Assembly (NCBI GenBank): GCA_964016885.1 | Contig: OZ024749.1 | Location: 12,338,001-12,402,000 of the forward strand | Direction of reading: 5' to 3' | DNA length: 64,000 nt | From: Eledone cirrhosa | Taxonomy: Eukaryota | Shown: positions 51,203 through 64,000 of the stretch, one piece after another | Layout: every line of letters starts with the position of its first letter | Numbering within the stretch: position 1 is the first letter of the stretch | The notes under the pieces: generated by a model | The model's database searches: none | What the model saw: only the letters and a program-made list of their open reading frames with translations | Told to the model about the DNA's origin: nothing | Translations under genes and position numbers: made by a program

Positions 51203-54039
51203 TTTATTCAAAGTAATCTAACTTATTTTACTAATGGGATAAAAATATATTCAGGACACAGTCCCGCACCCTCCCTTTATTATATTATGATTCTTTTGGT
51301 AAAATGTAACAGTATTATAGAATTATTATATAACAATATATTAATATGATAGAGTGACATAGAAGAAAAATGTCTCCATATAAACAGATTTTTGCTTGCA
51401 TATATTAGCAAGAGAAAATATTTAATTGCCAAGGAAAGGAATTTATCATTGAATCAGCCAGGTTGTGAACAATGTGTTATATTTATCAACAAGAAGTAAA
51501 AGTTGTCAAAATGGATTTGTTGAGTATCGAGATTTTAGTTGCAAGTAGCAGCTAAACTGGTAAACAATAGCAGCAGATTAACTGCTGTCATTTTCATTTA
51601 TTTCTAGAGGAAAATCTAAGACAGTGACAGACTACATTTTAATCTCTTTTCTCTTCTTCATATTAACCATGATGTTTAATCAAATAATATCTCATGTCCA
51701 TTCCTATTTGGTATTCTTAAAGCTGCCTATTGAGCTTACTACTAGTTTGATTGGATTAATCAGAAATCAATAGAATAGCTTTTTTAGAGGAAACTAGAAA
51801 ACTATTTAAACATGAACATTTCAAATTTAATGTTATATATTCATACATAAATGTAATATCTGTGCCATTATTTTGTATGAATAAGATTTATCTTTGCACA
51901 AAAGGAAGTACTTTTCATAAACCTGAGTTGACTTGGTTCCTTTTTCTATCTTTTACATTCCAAAACTAAATAGATCCCATGATAACATATAAATTATTCT
52001 AATCTTTGAAGCCTTAAGACTAAATCTATTCTATTTAAGCAGATTTGTTAAGAGATTGCCGTTAATCCTGAAACTCATTCAAATTAAAATAAAAAGTATA
52101 AAAGAGATTTTGGATCTCATTTTCTATCAACTTGGTGTAAAACCTTTTGGCAAGTGAACTATGGAAGAAGGTTGGAGTACATTAGGTCACACTGAAGAGA
52201 GTCTGCATTGAAGAAATGCATAAATACATTTCTTCAATGCAGACTCTCTTCAGTGTGACCTAATGAATATATTTATCACTTCAGTGTCTTATATACAATC
52301 CAGTGCTTAACACAAATTAAAGCAAATCCAATCCATATACTTACACTCAATCCCATTCACCAGACCCACACTACACAAGAGAAAGTAAAAGTCACACATG
52401 TCCTTCAAAAACCTCCCAACAAAACAAGGGTGATGAATACCATCAGGCCACAGTCATCATATTACAGTGTTTCTATTAGCCACACTTAAGGGTCTACAAT
52501 CCAGAGAAGCATTATATCCAACCCTTCTCCCATATCAATCTTCATCAAATCAAACATTTCAAAATTATATTTTTTAATTAGGAAAAAGGCAAATGAAGTT
52601 CATTACAAAAAGATTAAAATTTCTACTTCAATTTAGGAAGTTTCTTTTATTAATAATATATCAGTTTTATAAATACTATATTGGTTTGCAATATCTTCTC
52701 ATTATTTTGCATTGCAATAATTTTGCTTTTAAGAAAGGGTGAAGGTGGTTTTGGGCTGATTTTTGGATGCTGATTTTAAATATAAGATTAATTTTTTCGA
52801 GCAAGTCAACAGTAGTTACTAAGTACTGCAGGCCATTTTTAGCATTTTAAGAAAATTACTGAGGATATTAATTCTTTGCTTCAAATCATTCTATTTATTT
52901 AAAATTGAAGTAGTATCTGCAGGAATTGATAGGACTAAGGGCATCTAATGATAGGACTGGGGCCCCCTATCATTGAAATACCCAAAGGATGTTGTATGAG
53001 GTTGCAACATCATATTGGACTACATCTATGATAACAGATTATTGTTTGTATTTAATAAGAGAACAAAACATGATAATGGTTAATAACCCAATATGGCTGC
53101 TTCCTTAACTCTTTACATAATTAATGAGAAAGTTATATTACTAAATCCCAAAATTCTTGACAGTGTTTTTCATCAGAAATATGGTAACAAAAGAGTTAAA
53201 AGACAAGGACATCAATTAAAACTGTTAAAATAATTCTATTAGCTACTATACCACATAATAGTAATTTCTGTTCTACTAATACACATGTTAATACAAACTA
53301 TACTGCAAACATTTAACCTTTTCCATACCAAATGACCTGAAATTGTCCCTAGTTCTATGACACAAAGTTTCTATAATTTAAAGTCTTCATTATCATAATA
53401 ATGAGAAAGTTCTCTCCAAAAATTTAATTATTTAAAAAATTATTTTAAAAACATAGGCTATGTTTTACATCAGAAATTTGCTAATGAAAGGATTAAACAT
53501 ACATTTCTAAAATAAAAAAAAAACATTTTCCGAAATTTAAATATAGTCTCTAAAGGGTTAATTACCAACCCACCTGAAACTAGCTCTACTAAAGGGTTTA
53601 ACTTCTTCAGTGCTGTAGACGAGATAACTTGTACTAACATGTATGCATTCCAGTGCCACGGACGAGATAACTCATCCTAACATGTTTGAACTCTTTTCCA
53701 ACAGTTCATAACCTCAAAGTTATGAAATCATTTCCAAAAGTTCAAAACTTCAAAGCTAGATGGGGTTACTAGTTTATTGATGTGTCGTTAATAAATGTTT
53801 GTTTAAAAATATACTCATTTTACTGACCCCCCCCCCCCCAAAAAAAAAAACTGGCACAGCAACTGTAGCTGTGTAAAATATACGCAGCAGTCAACAGGTT
53901 TAAAGAGTTAAATACCAACTCACCTGAAACTAGCTCTATTGAGGTGTTTAAAAGGGTTAAAACTACTAACCCACCGGAAACCCTTTTAGCCCCTCGCTTT
54001 CAGAATGTGTAATGGACTGGATACCATTAGGAGGGAGGA

Positions 54040-55530
54040 TTTGCCTCTTCAAGCTTAGACTGAAAGATAGGTCTCTGTGGGTGGTGCAAGTTTATCCACC
54101 AAACAAGGAGTCTGAATACAGGTCCTTCCTTGATTAAGTCACTACAGTGTTAGATGTAGTTAAGACTGAGTCATATAACCTGATGGGAGACTTCAATGCA
54201 CATGTTGACACTGAACCCCTTACATGGAAAGGAGTGATTGGAAGGAATGGTGACCCTGATCTAAATTCAAACAGAGAGGCCTTTCTAAACTTCTGTTCTA
54301 GCAATGGACTCTCTATTATGAACATCTTCCAGCACAGAGACATCCATAAAAACACATGGTATAAGAGGAATCAGGGACAGAAATCAATAATTGATTTTGT
54401 AATTGTCTCTGATCTTTTTTATTCTGTGTGGAATGTTCATGTTAAGAGAAGGGCTGAGCTGTCAACTGATCACCACTTTGTTATCTGCAACTTGGCACTA
54501 ACTAGAGCCAAAGAAGCCCACAAAACTGGCAGGTCCAGGGCAATCTACAGGATAAAGTAGGAAGCATTGGTGGATAAGGAAGTCAGGACCAGCTATGTAG
54601 ATACTATTGCATCCAAATTCAGAGAACTCCCTGAGCAAACTGAGGACTTTGAGACAGTGGAGATTGTTCAGCTCAGCAGTTTCTGCTTCAGCTGTTGAAT
54701 GCTGTGGGTGAAAGAAGTTTGGTGTGATGCCAGATGCCAAGAGGACCCCTTGGCTCAATCAAGCAGTCAAAGATGCCATCTAAGCAAAGAAGGAGGCTTG
54801 GAAATAAGTCCTTCTTCCACTTGTGGTACAAGCAGGCATACACATCACAGCAAACACAGTAAAGGCATCCAAAGTTAAGACAGTGGAGGACTTTGGGGTT
54901 AAGCTGGAATCAGACTTCAGATCAGCAAATAAAGAGTTCTGGTAGACTATTCACTGACTTCGTGATAAGAAGTTCTCCATCACAGGAGGCAGAATTAAGT
55001 GTAAAAATTGCAGCAGCTGGTGCAGTAATGCACTGGCTTCAGCATTTGGTAATCAGAAGAAGGGAGGTAAGTGTAAAAGGCAAACTTGCTATCTTCAATT
55101 TGGTATTCGTGCCAACCCTTACCCATGGTCATGAATCTTGGGTAATGATCAAAAGAATACAATCGCAAATACAAGCGGCCAAAATGGGGTTCCTCTGAAG
55201 GATCTTTGGAGTAACAATACTTGATAGAGTGCATAGGTTGGAGAGTCACTCCAGGTAGAGCTGCTACTTCTCTGAATTGTGAGATCCCAGCTCCGATACT
55301 ATGGACATGGGGTTAGAATGTCTCAGGAAAGAATCGCTGGACAGATTTTATGGGTAAAACCAACTGGCACAAGTTCCATGGGTAGACCCCGAGCAAGATG
55401 GTAGGATAACATCCATGAGCTTGGCTGGTCACACTTGGGGATCTGGCCAGATCAGTTGGAGACTGGTTGCTTCTGACTGGATCCACTAGAAGGAGTGTTT
55501 GAGGACTCTGCCCCCCATGACCCTCTCAGG
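54040..55530 (+). mobile_element. Expander/Rex3-like RTE element lacking the RT core
   Basis: The endonuclease reads GDFNAHV...WKGVIGRNGDPDLN...SIIDFVIVS...AELSTDHH. It is joined at ~54980 to the post-RT region FVPTLTHGHESWVM...IQAAKMGFL...QLRYYGH...GRPRARW. Confidence 0.85.
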
Positions 55531-55947
55531 AATATGTGAGAGAAGGATGGAGAGGGGGAGAAGTTAATTTCAATAGGAATTCTTTAAAATTGGTTTTGCT
55601 TCATAAAACCAGAGCCAGTTTTGACTGACTTGGTATAAAAGGGGTTAAATGGTTAAATCTGTTTTTCAAGTTTTCTAAATATAGAGGAAGCGATAGTTAA
55701 ATTATTCTGCCACATCTCATTCAATCTTATAATTGCTTCTGTTAAAAGCTGTTGACAATTTCTCTCGTGTCTACCTCCAATATTTGAAGTCCCCTATTTT
55801 TCCTGTTTGAAGTGTTGCCATCTCTTGATTTCAGATTGCTGAGGATTAAATGTTTTATATCTCCACTTTTATATATTTATGTCATGTTATACATACTTCA
55901 AATGTTTATACACATATACTTCAGTTTTATTGTGTTTTATATATATA

Positions 55948-56171
55948 TTGACAGTCAATCAACTTTCGTCAAATCGGACCGAGGAAACAATGTTTCCATT
56001 GGTCTTTCCAATTGCTAATACTATCTATCAGGTGCAACTCCAGGTAGAAGAAGCAACATGAAATAAAGTGTCTTGCCCAAGGACATAACACATCACCCGG
56101 TCCAGGAATCGAATGCACAACCTCATGATTGTGAATCCAATTCTCTAACCACTCAGCCACATGCTTTCACA
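55948..56171 (-). mobile_element. tRNA-derived CORE-like SINE
   Basis: Minus strand has TGGCTGAGTGG (A box), TTCGATTCC (B box) and GTCCTTGGGCAAGACACTT (CORE-like). Confidence 0.75.
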
Positions 56172-56371
56172 ATATATATATATAGATGGTGAGTAATATT
56201 GTAGAACAATAAAACTATGCATACATCAGATAAGTAGCACTCAACAGTTGGTAGAACTGGAGTATATATAATAAAGATGAAATAAAGATGGTTATAAGTG
56301 TTCCATATATTTTATTATACGTATTTCGAATACAAAATCATAGATGTTGTGTTCTCTTCAGGTATCTGAAG

Positions 56372-56425
56372 TTATCTGAAGAGAACACAACATCTATGAT
56401 TTTGTATTCGAAATACGTATAATAA
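56372..56425 (+). ncRNA. Type I hammerhead ribozyme core in the right arm of a 91-bp inverted repeat
   Basis: TTAT-CTGAAGA-GAACACAA[11 nt]TTGTATTC-GAAA-TACGTA-TA-ATAA. Stem I is only 4 bp. Confidence 0.6.
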
Positions 56426-57053
56426 AATATATGGAACACTTATAACCATCTTTATTTCATCTTTATCTCCTTATAATATATAACCAGCAATTTCTCTGTC
56501 TGTCTGTCCAACAGTGGAAACACGTGCGCGCGTGGTTGCTATCTCTTTCTCTCTCCAGCTATCCCTCTCTTTTAGTCTGTCTGTTTCTCTCACTCTCACT
56601 GTTTCTCTTTGTAACACACTAACATTCCTCCCCTCTATCGCTATGACGAATGGGGAGATGGAGGAGGAGAGAGTCACTTCGTCACTTCACCTCTGCCTTT
56701 CTTTCTCTCCCCTCTCACTCCCTCATTACGTACAGACATTAGAGCGGTGGATTGGCAGAATCTGTAGAGAGTCGGACACCATGCTTCATAGCATGGAGTT
56801 ACGTCCCTTTACGGTCTGATTTCAAATACCGCCGAGGTTAACTTTGCCTTTCATCCTCATGGGGGTCGATAAAATAAAGTACCAGTAATGTACTGGGTAA
56901 TTGCTGGCCTTGTGCCAAAAGTAGAAACAATTATTAGAAACATTGCTTCAATTTTACATATCTAAGCATTAGAAAATAACTAATAATTTCAAAAGTAATT
57001 TTTCAATTCCAATTGTTATGAACAGCAAAACATTAATAATAATTTTGTTCTAA

Positions 57054-57228
57054 GAAATATATATACATTTCTGTGTGTGTAATATATATATACACACACA
57101 GAAATATATATACATTTCTGTGTGTGTAATATATATATATATACACACAGAAATATATATACATTTCTGTGTGTGTGTAATATATATATATATACACACA
57201 GAAATATGTATACATTTCTGTGTGTGTA

Positions 57229-57259
<31 letters not shown>

Positions 57260-57287
57260 GAAATATATATACATTTCTGTGTGTGTA

Positions 57288-57322
<35 letters not shown>

Positions 57323-57340
57323 GAAATGTATATATATTTC
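57054..57340. repeat. Minisatellite of palindromic units, ~5 copies
   Basis: CACACAGAAAT-ATATATAC-ATTTCTGTGTG units separated by (TA)n. Confidence 0.9.
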
Positions 57341-57863
57341 TCTGTTTGTCTGTCTGTCCTTCCCTAAAACTCAAATGTAGGTGTTACAGAAATATTACCT
57401 TCCCCTTCCTTTCTCCACTTTGGTACTACCAAGAGAAACACTGTCGCTATAGAAACATTACCTTCCCCTCTCCACTGACTTTGGTCACTGAGTCCGAGGG
57501 AATCGCGGGTTGCTATAGAGACACCTTGCACAAGCCAGAAGTAACCAGTTCGAGGCGGTTCTGACTTGACATCATGCCAAGGACCATTTGAAGCTATATT
57601 TCCATCGTTATATCATAACGTTTATGTATCATAACGTTTATATTTCCGTCACTAATCTCTTTTTCTCCTTTTTCGTTTTAACATATATTTATTTCAAAGA
57701 TTTCACCGTATATATAACATATATATTTATACATGCATAAAAGACACACCGAGAGACGGTGAACATGTGGTGCCGAAAACATTTCTCATCCAAATCTCAA
57801 CAATATCAGTATATACACTAGATTTGCTAGCAGAAAACCGCCCACCGGGTGGTTTTCTGCTAG

Positions 57864-58741
57864 TCTATATATATAAAACTGAGGACGTCTGTCTGTGTGT
57901 GTGTGAGTTTTAATCCTTAACACTCGAGAACCAGCCAACCGATTGTTTTCAAACTTTACACATGTAATACTTATGTTTCAGGGAGTGTTCTGAGCAAAAA
58001 AATTTCAAATTTTCAATGCCATAGGGACCGCATTAGGCGATTTAGCGACCTCTCTCTATAATTCTTAGTCTTTCTCTTTTTAGATAGATACATACACATA
58101 ACGTCACGCCCTTATAATATCTGTCTGTATGTCTGACTGTCTGCATTACGTCACTTCCCTGAGGATGTCTGCCTGTGTGTGTGTGTGAGTTTGAATCCCT
58201 AAATCTCGAGAAGTACCCAACCGATTTTTTTCAAACTTTACATGTGTATTACTTATGTTTCAGGGAGTGTTATGCACATAAAAAATTCAACTTTTTGATC
58301 TCCTAGGGCCCGCATTAGGTGAAAAACTGCGTTTTAAAGCTTTTTAGGGTGTTACGTCAGACCGATTTCCTTGAAATTGTAACTATGTATTAGTCAGTCT
58401 CTTCTTCATACCGTGAGCAAAGAATTTTTTTATCGCTTAGGGCCCGCATTAGGTGAAAAACTTCATTTTTTTCAGCTTTTTAGGGCTTTTTGGTGGCGTT
58501 ACATCTAGCCGATTTTCCCGAAATTTCGAGGCATATTATGCACATAAAAAAAATTCATTTTCTTGATCTCCTAGGGCCCACATTTGGTGAAAACCTGCAT
58601 TTTTCCTGCTTCATCGAGGAAAATCTTAAAGATTATCCAGCCATCAGAATATTCGGTTTATTTTCTTTACATATTGCCCAGGCTTGCAGTTTTTCCACGA
58701 TTAAAATACCTTATCCCGTGCAACGCCGGGTACCACTGCTA

Positions 58742-58742
<1 letters not shown>
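57864..58742 (+). mobile_element. Non-autonomous Helitron
   Basis: 5' TCTATATATATAAAACTG plus a GTCT/GT microsatellite, internal duplications, a 3' hairpin CCCGTGCAACGCCGGG (58715-58730) and the terminus CTAG|T. Confidence 0.8.
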
Positions 58743-58779
<37 letters not shown>

Positions 58780-59662
58780 CACACACATATACACACATTT
58801 TAACATATATATATGCTTCAACAGACAAAGAATTATCTCTCAATGGCCTCTGTCCTTTGAGCTGTACATAGGCACCAAGATGAGATATGTATAGGTAGAG
58901 ATGCTGTTATACAACTGATGATTGATTTGTTAGATTGCAGACTTGAATTCAAATCCTCTCATAGGCAAAACCTTTTATATTATAATAATAATTTGTTCTA
59001 CTTTGTCTGATGTTCTACCAATACTGCCAATCCACCGCCCTTTAGTAATAATTGTTTCTACTTTTGGCACAAGGACAGCAATTACCCAGTGTATTACTGG
59101 TACTTTATTTTATCGACCCCGTAAGGATGAAAGGCAAAGTTAACCTCGGCGGGATTTGAACTCAGAATGGCAAGGGCCATAACTCGATGTGTCAAAGTAT
59201 AGCGTCCGACCCTCTACCGATACTGCCAATTAATAATAATAATGATAATGGTTTCTGATTTGAAGCACAAGACCAGCAATTTTGGGGGAGGGGAAAGTTG
59301 ATTAAATCGATCCCAGTGCATTACTGGTACTTTATTTTATCGACCTTGTAAGGATGAAAGGCAAAGTTATTCTGGTTGCTATTTATTATTCTGATCTTCC
59401 ATTACAAACACTTAAAAATAAAATTATACTTCAATATAGAAAATATACCATAAAGTAACATTAAAATATATCTTCATTGCTTTGTTGTTAATTTGATGAT
59501 GATTTATAGTTTGGTCAAGTCTACAATTTACAAACATAACATCCCATTCATATATCCTTTTTATATATACCTCGATACTACATCATTGGTGCCTCAAGTG
59601 GGACAACTCCCGTCTAACCCATGCTAGCGTGGAAGATAGACGTTAAACGATGATGATGATAT

Positions 59663-60072
59663 ATCTATATATATAAAAGCAAGTCAGTCTGTGTGTGTGT
59701 CCGTCTGTGTACAAATACTTTTGAAGTACTAGGCCAATTTCAACCAAATTTGGCACACGTATTACACAATATGCCAGAGCAGATTTTGGACAAAAATATA
59801 TTTGAAAAAAAAAATCGATATTGGGGCCGAAAAATCGATTTTTGTACAAATACTACACCATATAAGAAAGACTTGTGTATATGACTAACTAACATCTCAT
59901 ATAAGAAAGACTTGTGTATATGACTAACTAACATCTCGTATAAGAAAGATTGTGTAACATCCTTTATAAGAAAGACTTGTGTACATGACTAACATCCCGT
60001 ATAAGACTTGTGTGCATGACTAATTAACATCCACTATAAGAAAGACTTGTGTAACATCCCGTATAAGAAAGA
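59663..60072 (+). mobile_element. Helitron-like 5' fragment running into a ~39-bp tandem repeat
   Basis: Starts ATCTATATATATAAAAGC...GTCTGTGTGT...CCAATTTCAACCAAATTTGG, then ATAAGAAAGACTTGTGTA... repeats at ~59862-60072. Confidence 0.55.
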
Positions 60073-62738
60073 AATGATTAAAAAATACATCAGGTGTTAT
60101 AGATTTATACAAAAAACAAAACAATATCAACTCTTACAGAAAACCCCACCCAAAAACAGTTTGAAGGAAATATGAAAATGTTAAGATATGTTATATATAG
60201 TCATAAGTTAGGAAGAGATGTTCTTTAGTTTGTTTTAGGCATTACAGCGAAGACCAAGCTGGACCACCGAATAAAATAGTTAATTTAAAAAAATAACATT
60301 TCTTGGTATTACTATTAAGGTCAGCTAGGCAGTCACCTAGGGTACTGACCCCAGATAGGTGCATTATTGAACCTTAAAGGATCAGTTTTATATAGAGCTG
60401 GTGTTATCATTAAGGACAACCAGGCAACCATCTAGGACACAGACCTCAGAGAGATGCATTACTGAACCTTAAAGTGTCACAGTTTTATACAAATTTGTAT
60501 GATTAAATAAAATATATAATAATTTCATGTGACAAAATAAATTGTTATATAGCAATAGTGTGGAAATATGGAAAGTGGAGGAGAGGGTCGTATCTTGTTA
60601 GGACCTGTCACAAGATTTTCTGTGAAATGGAAAATGCAGGCTTAGTAGTTTTTTTAGTGTAGTTCAAGCAGGAAGTTTCAAAAACTAGATTCACCAGCTT
60701 ACCAAACTGTAAGTTGAAATTATTTTATTTAGTAAAATGGGGAGCATAACTGGGAGAAGGGGCACACATTGTAGAGCTAGCCTAGGGTACTAGATACCAA
60801 GGTAAACATTGTAGAGCTAGCCTAGGGTACTAGATACCAAGGTAAACAGTCAGTAAGTGTGTGTATGAGTAGTATGTGTCTGTGTGTGTGTGTGTGTTTC
60901 AGAGGAGTTTTGCAATGTATTGTATTTTCCCAGTTAAAAGATATTTGAGATCCTATTTTGTAAAAATGAATGTTTTCATTAGAATTTACTTTTTTTTACT
61001 CTGCAATGTATAGTGAGGCTGGGTGGGGGTGAAAAATTAATTAAAATCAACATAAAATCTAAATTTTCAAACTGACTGGAAAAACAGATCCTGATTCTGA
61101 GCTGTAATTATTTTAGCCTGTTCAAAATAGTTTTATAAGACTATGAAGAGTGCCAGTTATATTGGCATGATCACAGGGGAATAATACACGAAGGAAAGAA
61201 TATGTATTGTTTGTAGTAGATCTAGGTAGTCTTGCAAGGAAGTAGTTATGTCTGCTCTAAGAATGTTGGTCTTCTCAATTAACATTTGTGTATGATTGTG
61301 ACAAGAGATACCGGATATCCTTGTGTATAAGTTGTTCCCCATGAAAACAGGATATGAAAATCCAGCATACACCCTATCTACTGAATCTACAAAACTCTGA
61401 TTCAAAATATATAATTATTTCTACTTTTGGCACAAGGCCAGCAATTATCCCAGTACATTACTGGTACTTTATTTTATCGACCCTGTAAGGATGAAAGGCA
61501 AAGTTAACCTCGGCGGGATTTGAACTCAGACCATAAAGGGCCGTAACTCTTTGCTGCAAAGCATGGCGTCCGACCCTCTACCAATACTGCCAATATATAA
61601 TGAATGTTGTGAAGAGAAATGGAAGGTGATGGCTAGGTCAAGTGTTAAAGAAATTGGTGAGAGGAGTGATGGAAATTTATATGGAAATAATTAGAGAAAG
61701 GGGAAGACCAAGAAAGACTAAAGATGATGGAGAAAGAGATGAAAACCTGGGATTCAGTGAATAGGGAGATTCATATGATAGGCGAAAATGGTGAAGCTTG
61801 TTATGGGTTCACATGAGGAAGATGGGCCTAAAATGTTTGTTATTGGTTGTGGGTTGTTGTATTGTAAATGTTGTATGTAAACCAGTGGTAAGACTGATAT
61901 ATGACTCCATGTAGTTGGAACTCCTCAATGTATTGGACATTAAACATTAAAATGAAAATACTGATGATGATGATGATGATGATGATGATAATAATGAAGT
62001 TTTTATAAGCATTTGAAAAATGTGGGAATAAATTATCATTATAGTAAAAACCCAGCTTGCTTTACTGAGAAGATTCCTTGGGGATATTTTATTTTTATCA
62101 AAGCTATAAAATTGGACAGCTTCTTCTCACTTAGATTGCCTTCAAAATTTAATGAGTTACTCTGATGGTAATGTATACTTTTGAGTGGTTCTTTCTTTTT
62201 TTTTAATCTAAAAGTTAACCAGTGTTATCATGTGATGCCCAAGATGGTTGTCTACTTTTAATGATGGAAATGGTAGCAGGTTTTATTGAAATTACATAGC
62301 CACACATTCTGTCTTCCTATCTATTTTTATTTCGCAGTCATTAATTTTCTCTTTTTCTATTTCTTTAATATTCTTCATTTTGATCTGTTCCTAAATTGAT
62401 AGATAAGCTATAGTACTGTGACATGTTAAAGGATAAAACCCTTCAATTAAAAATGGAAGGTTCTGAATTATACAAGCCAAAAGAAAGATGATCAAAGGTT
62501 TATAAAATGATTTCAAAATATAATGTAGAAATCAAAACATGAAATTTCCCAGAAAATTTAAACTACACAATTTACATTGCCATTTTCTCATTGGAAATTC
62601 AAAAAATGATCGGATCATCACAGGGAATCTCATACATTTAACAAATTAATACTAATGTAATTAATATGAATCTGATACTCTAGTATCAGATTCATGCTTT
62701 CAATCTCTTATTTCTAATGAAATATACTGTCCATGATA

Positions 62739-63070
62739 TTAACCCTTTCATTACCATATCCCTAATGAAAGACACTGTCTGTCTTTAACACTTTCATTAC
62801 CATATTTCTAATGAAAGACACTGTCTATGTATTTAATCCTTTCATTACCATATTTCTAATGTAAGACACAGTCTATGCCATTAACCCTTTCATTACCATA
62901 TTTCTAATGAAAGACACTGTCTATGTCATTAACCCTTTCATTACCATATTTCCAATGAAAGACACTGTCTATGTCATTAATCCTTTCATTACCATATTTC
63001 CAATGAAAGACACTGTCTATATCTTTACCCCTGACATTACCATATTTCTAATGAAAAACACTGTCTATGA
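62739..63070. repeat. 48-bp tandem array (~7 copies) of a piggyBac-like MITE left terminus
   Basis: Unit TTAACCCTTTCATTACCATATTTCTAATGAAAGACACTGTCTATGTCA. Complementary right-end motifs (ATATGGTAATGAAAAGGTTAA and variants) occur at ~45480 and ~53180. Confidence 0.85.
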
Positions 63071-64000
63071 TTTTCAAATAATTTTGAAAATAATCAAGAA
63101 TTTTGAGAGATTTAGTAATATAACAAAATTTCTCATTTTCTAGTATTTGGAGCATAATTTAGCAACAGTTTGTATGTAAAATTATAATGGTGGGTTTTTA
63201 GATTAATACAAACATTTCATAATAAACAGCTATATGTTATAAAACCAGGAGCATTTTCTGGCAGTTTAGTATAAAAAGGGGTTAAAACAGTGGTTCCCAA
63301 ACTTTTTTTCTCTGGGCTACAGTTTGGGAATGAGTTTTTATTGGCTATATGATCAGTAATTATGTGGAATAATGGCTTGTGGGTATGTGTGTGGGGTATG
63401 GGTGTGAGATTTGGTGGCATATATTTGTATAAATTTCATGAGTGTATAGCTTATAAAAAGGTATGTATGTACATGTGTATAATGCAAATAGTGGATGACT
63501 GAATGTAAATGAATTCTGTTTTATATCTTTATAAGTATATATTGTAGCAGAAAAACCACCCTTTGGGTGGTTCTCTGCTAGTATGTGTAGTGTGCATAGT
63601 GATATTATACACAATATAAACGTTATGATATAACGATGCAAATATATGATCGTTTATATAAGCGATGTGATATAGCGTATGTTATATCATAACCAGAAGT
63701 ATTGACATTTTAAAAGAAGTGAATCTTAAAATAAGCAATCATTAAATATAAGAATATTTATGTTTAATCAACATCTACGAAATTTAGATAAATTATGTAA
63801 TATTCATTCGTTATTTATTCAAAGTAATAAGGCGGTGAATTGGCAGTATCGGTAGAGGGTTGGACGCCATGCTTTGAAGCATAGTTACCTCCCTTTATAA
63901 TCTGAGTTCAAATCCCGCTGAGGTTAACTTTGCCTTTCATCCTTACGGGGTCGATAAAATAAAGTACCAGTAATGCACTGGGTAATTGCTGGCCTTGCGC

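Noticed and set aside
61157-61405. 82-aa minus-strand ORF
   Set aside because: It has only a faint resemblance to a decayed RT segment and no splice or host-gene evidence.
63830-63925. tRNA gene (A/B-box-like motifs)
   Set aside because: It is the head of the multi-copy SINE and does not form a cloverleaf.

Overview
AT-rich, microsatellite-dense animal genomic DNA. The repeat landscape (Meta-like and CORE-like SINEs, RTE LINEs with (GAT)n tails, huge (TA)n tracts) looks like an octopod cephalopod; this is an inference from recalled repeat sequences. Only two host exons are recognisable. They are the first coding exons of PPT1 (- strand, 13697-13595) and TMEM65 (+ strand, 14031-14292), arranged head-to-head with 333 bp between the ATGs. 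The rest of the window is probably their first introns, since I found no downstream exons by eye. It is filled with decayed RTE, CRE, Tx1, Penelope, mariner, Helitron-like and piggyBac-like elements. Main observations: (1) a 4.65-kb, 221-unit 21-bp satellite whose unit is the in-frame C-terminal 'WEKCV' motif of the mariner transposase it sits in; (2) nearly every other tandem array is also seeded inside a transposon; (3) three foldable Penelope-type type I hammerhead ribozymes, two of them sense to the TMEM65 pre-mRNA; (4) bipartite and RT-deleted RTE derivatives; (5) several long perfect inverted repeats. The very long ORFs in the ORF track are repeat artefacts. Repeat boundaries were set by eye and are approximate unless stated.
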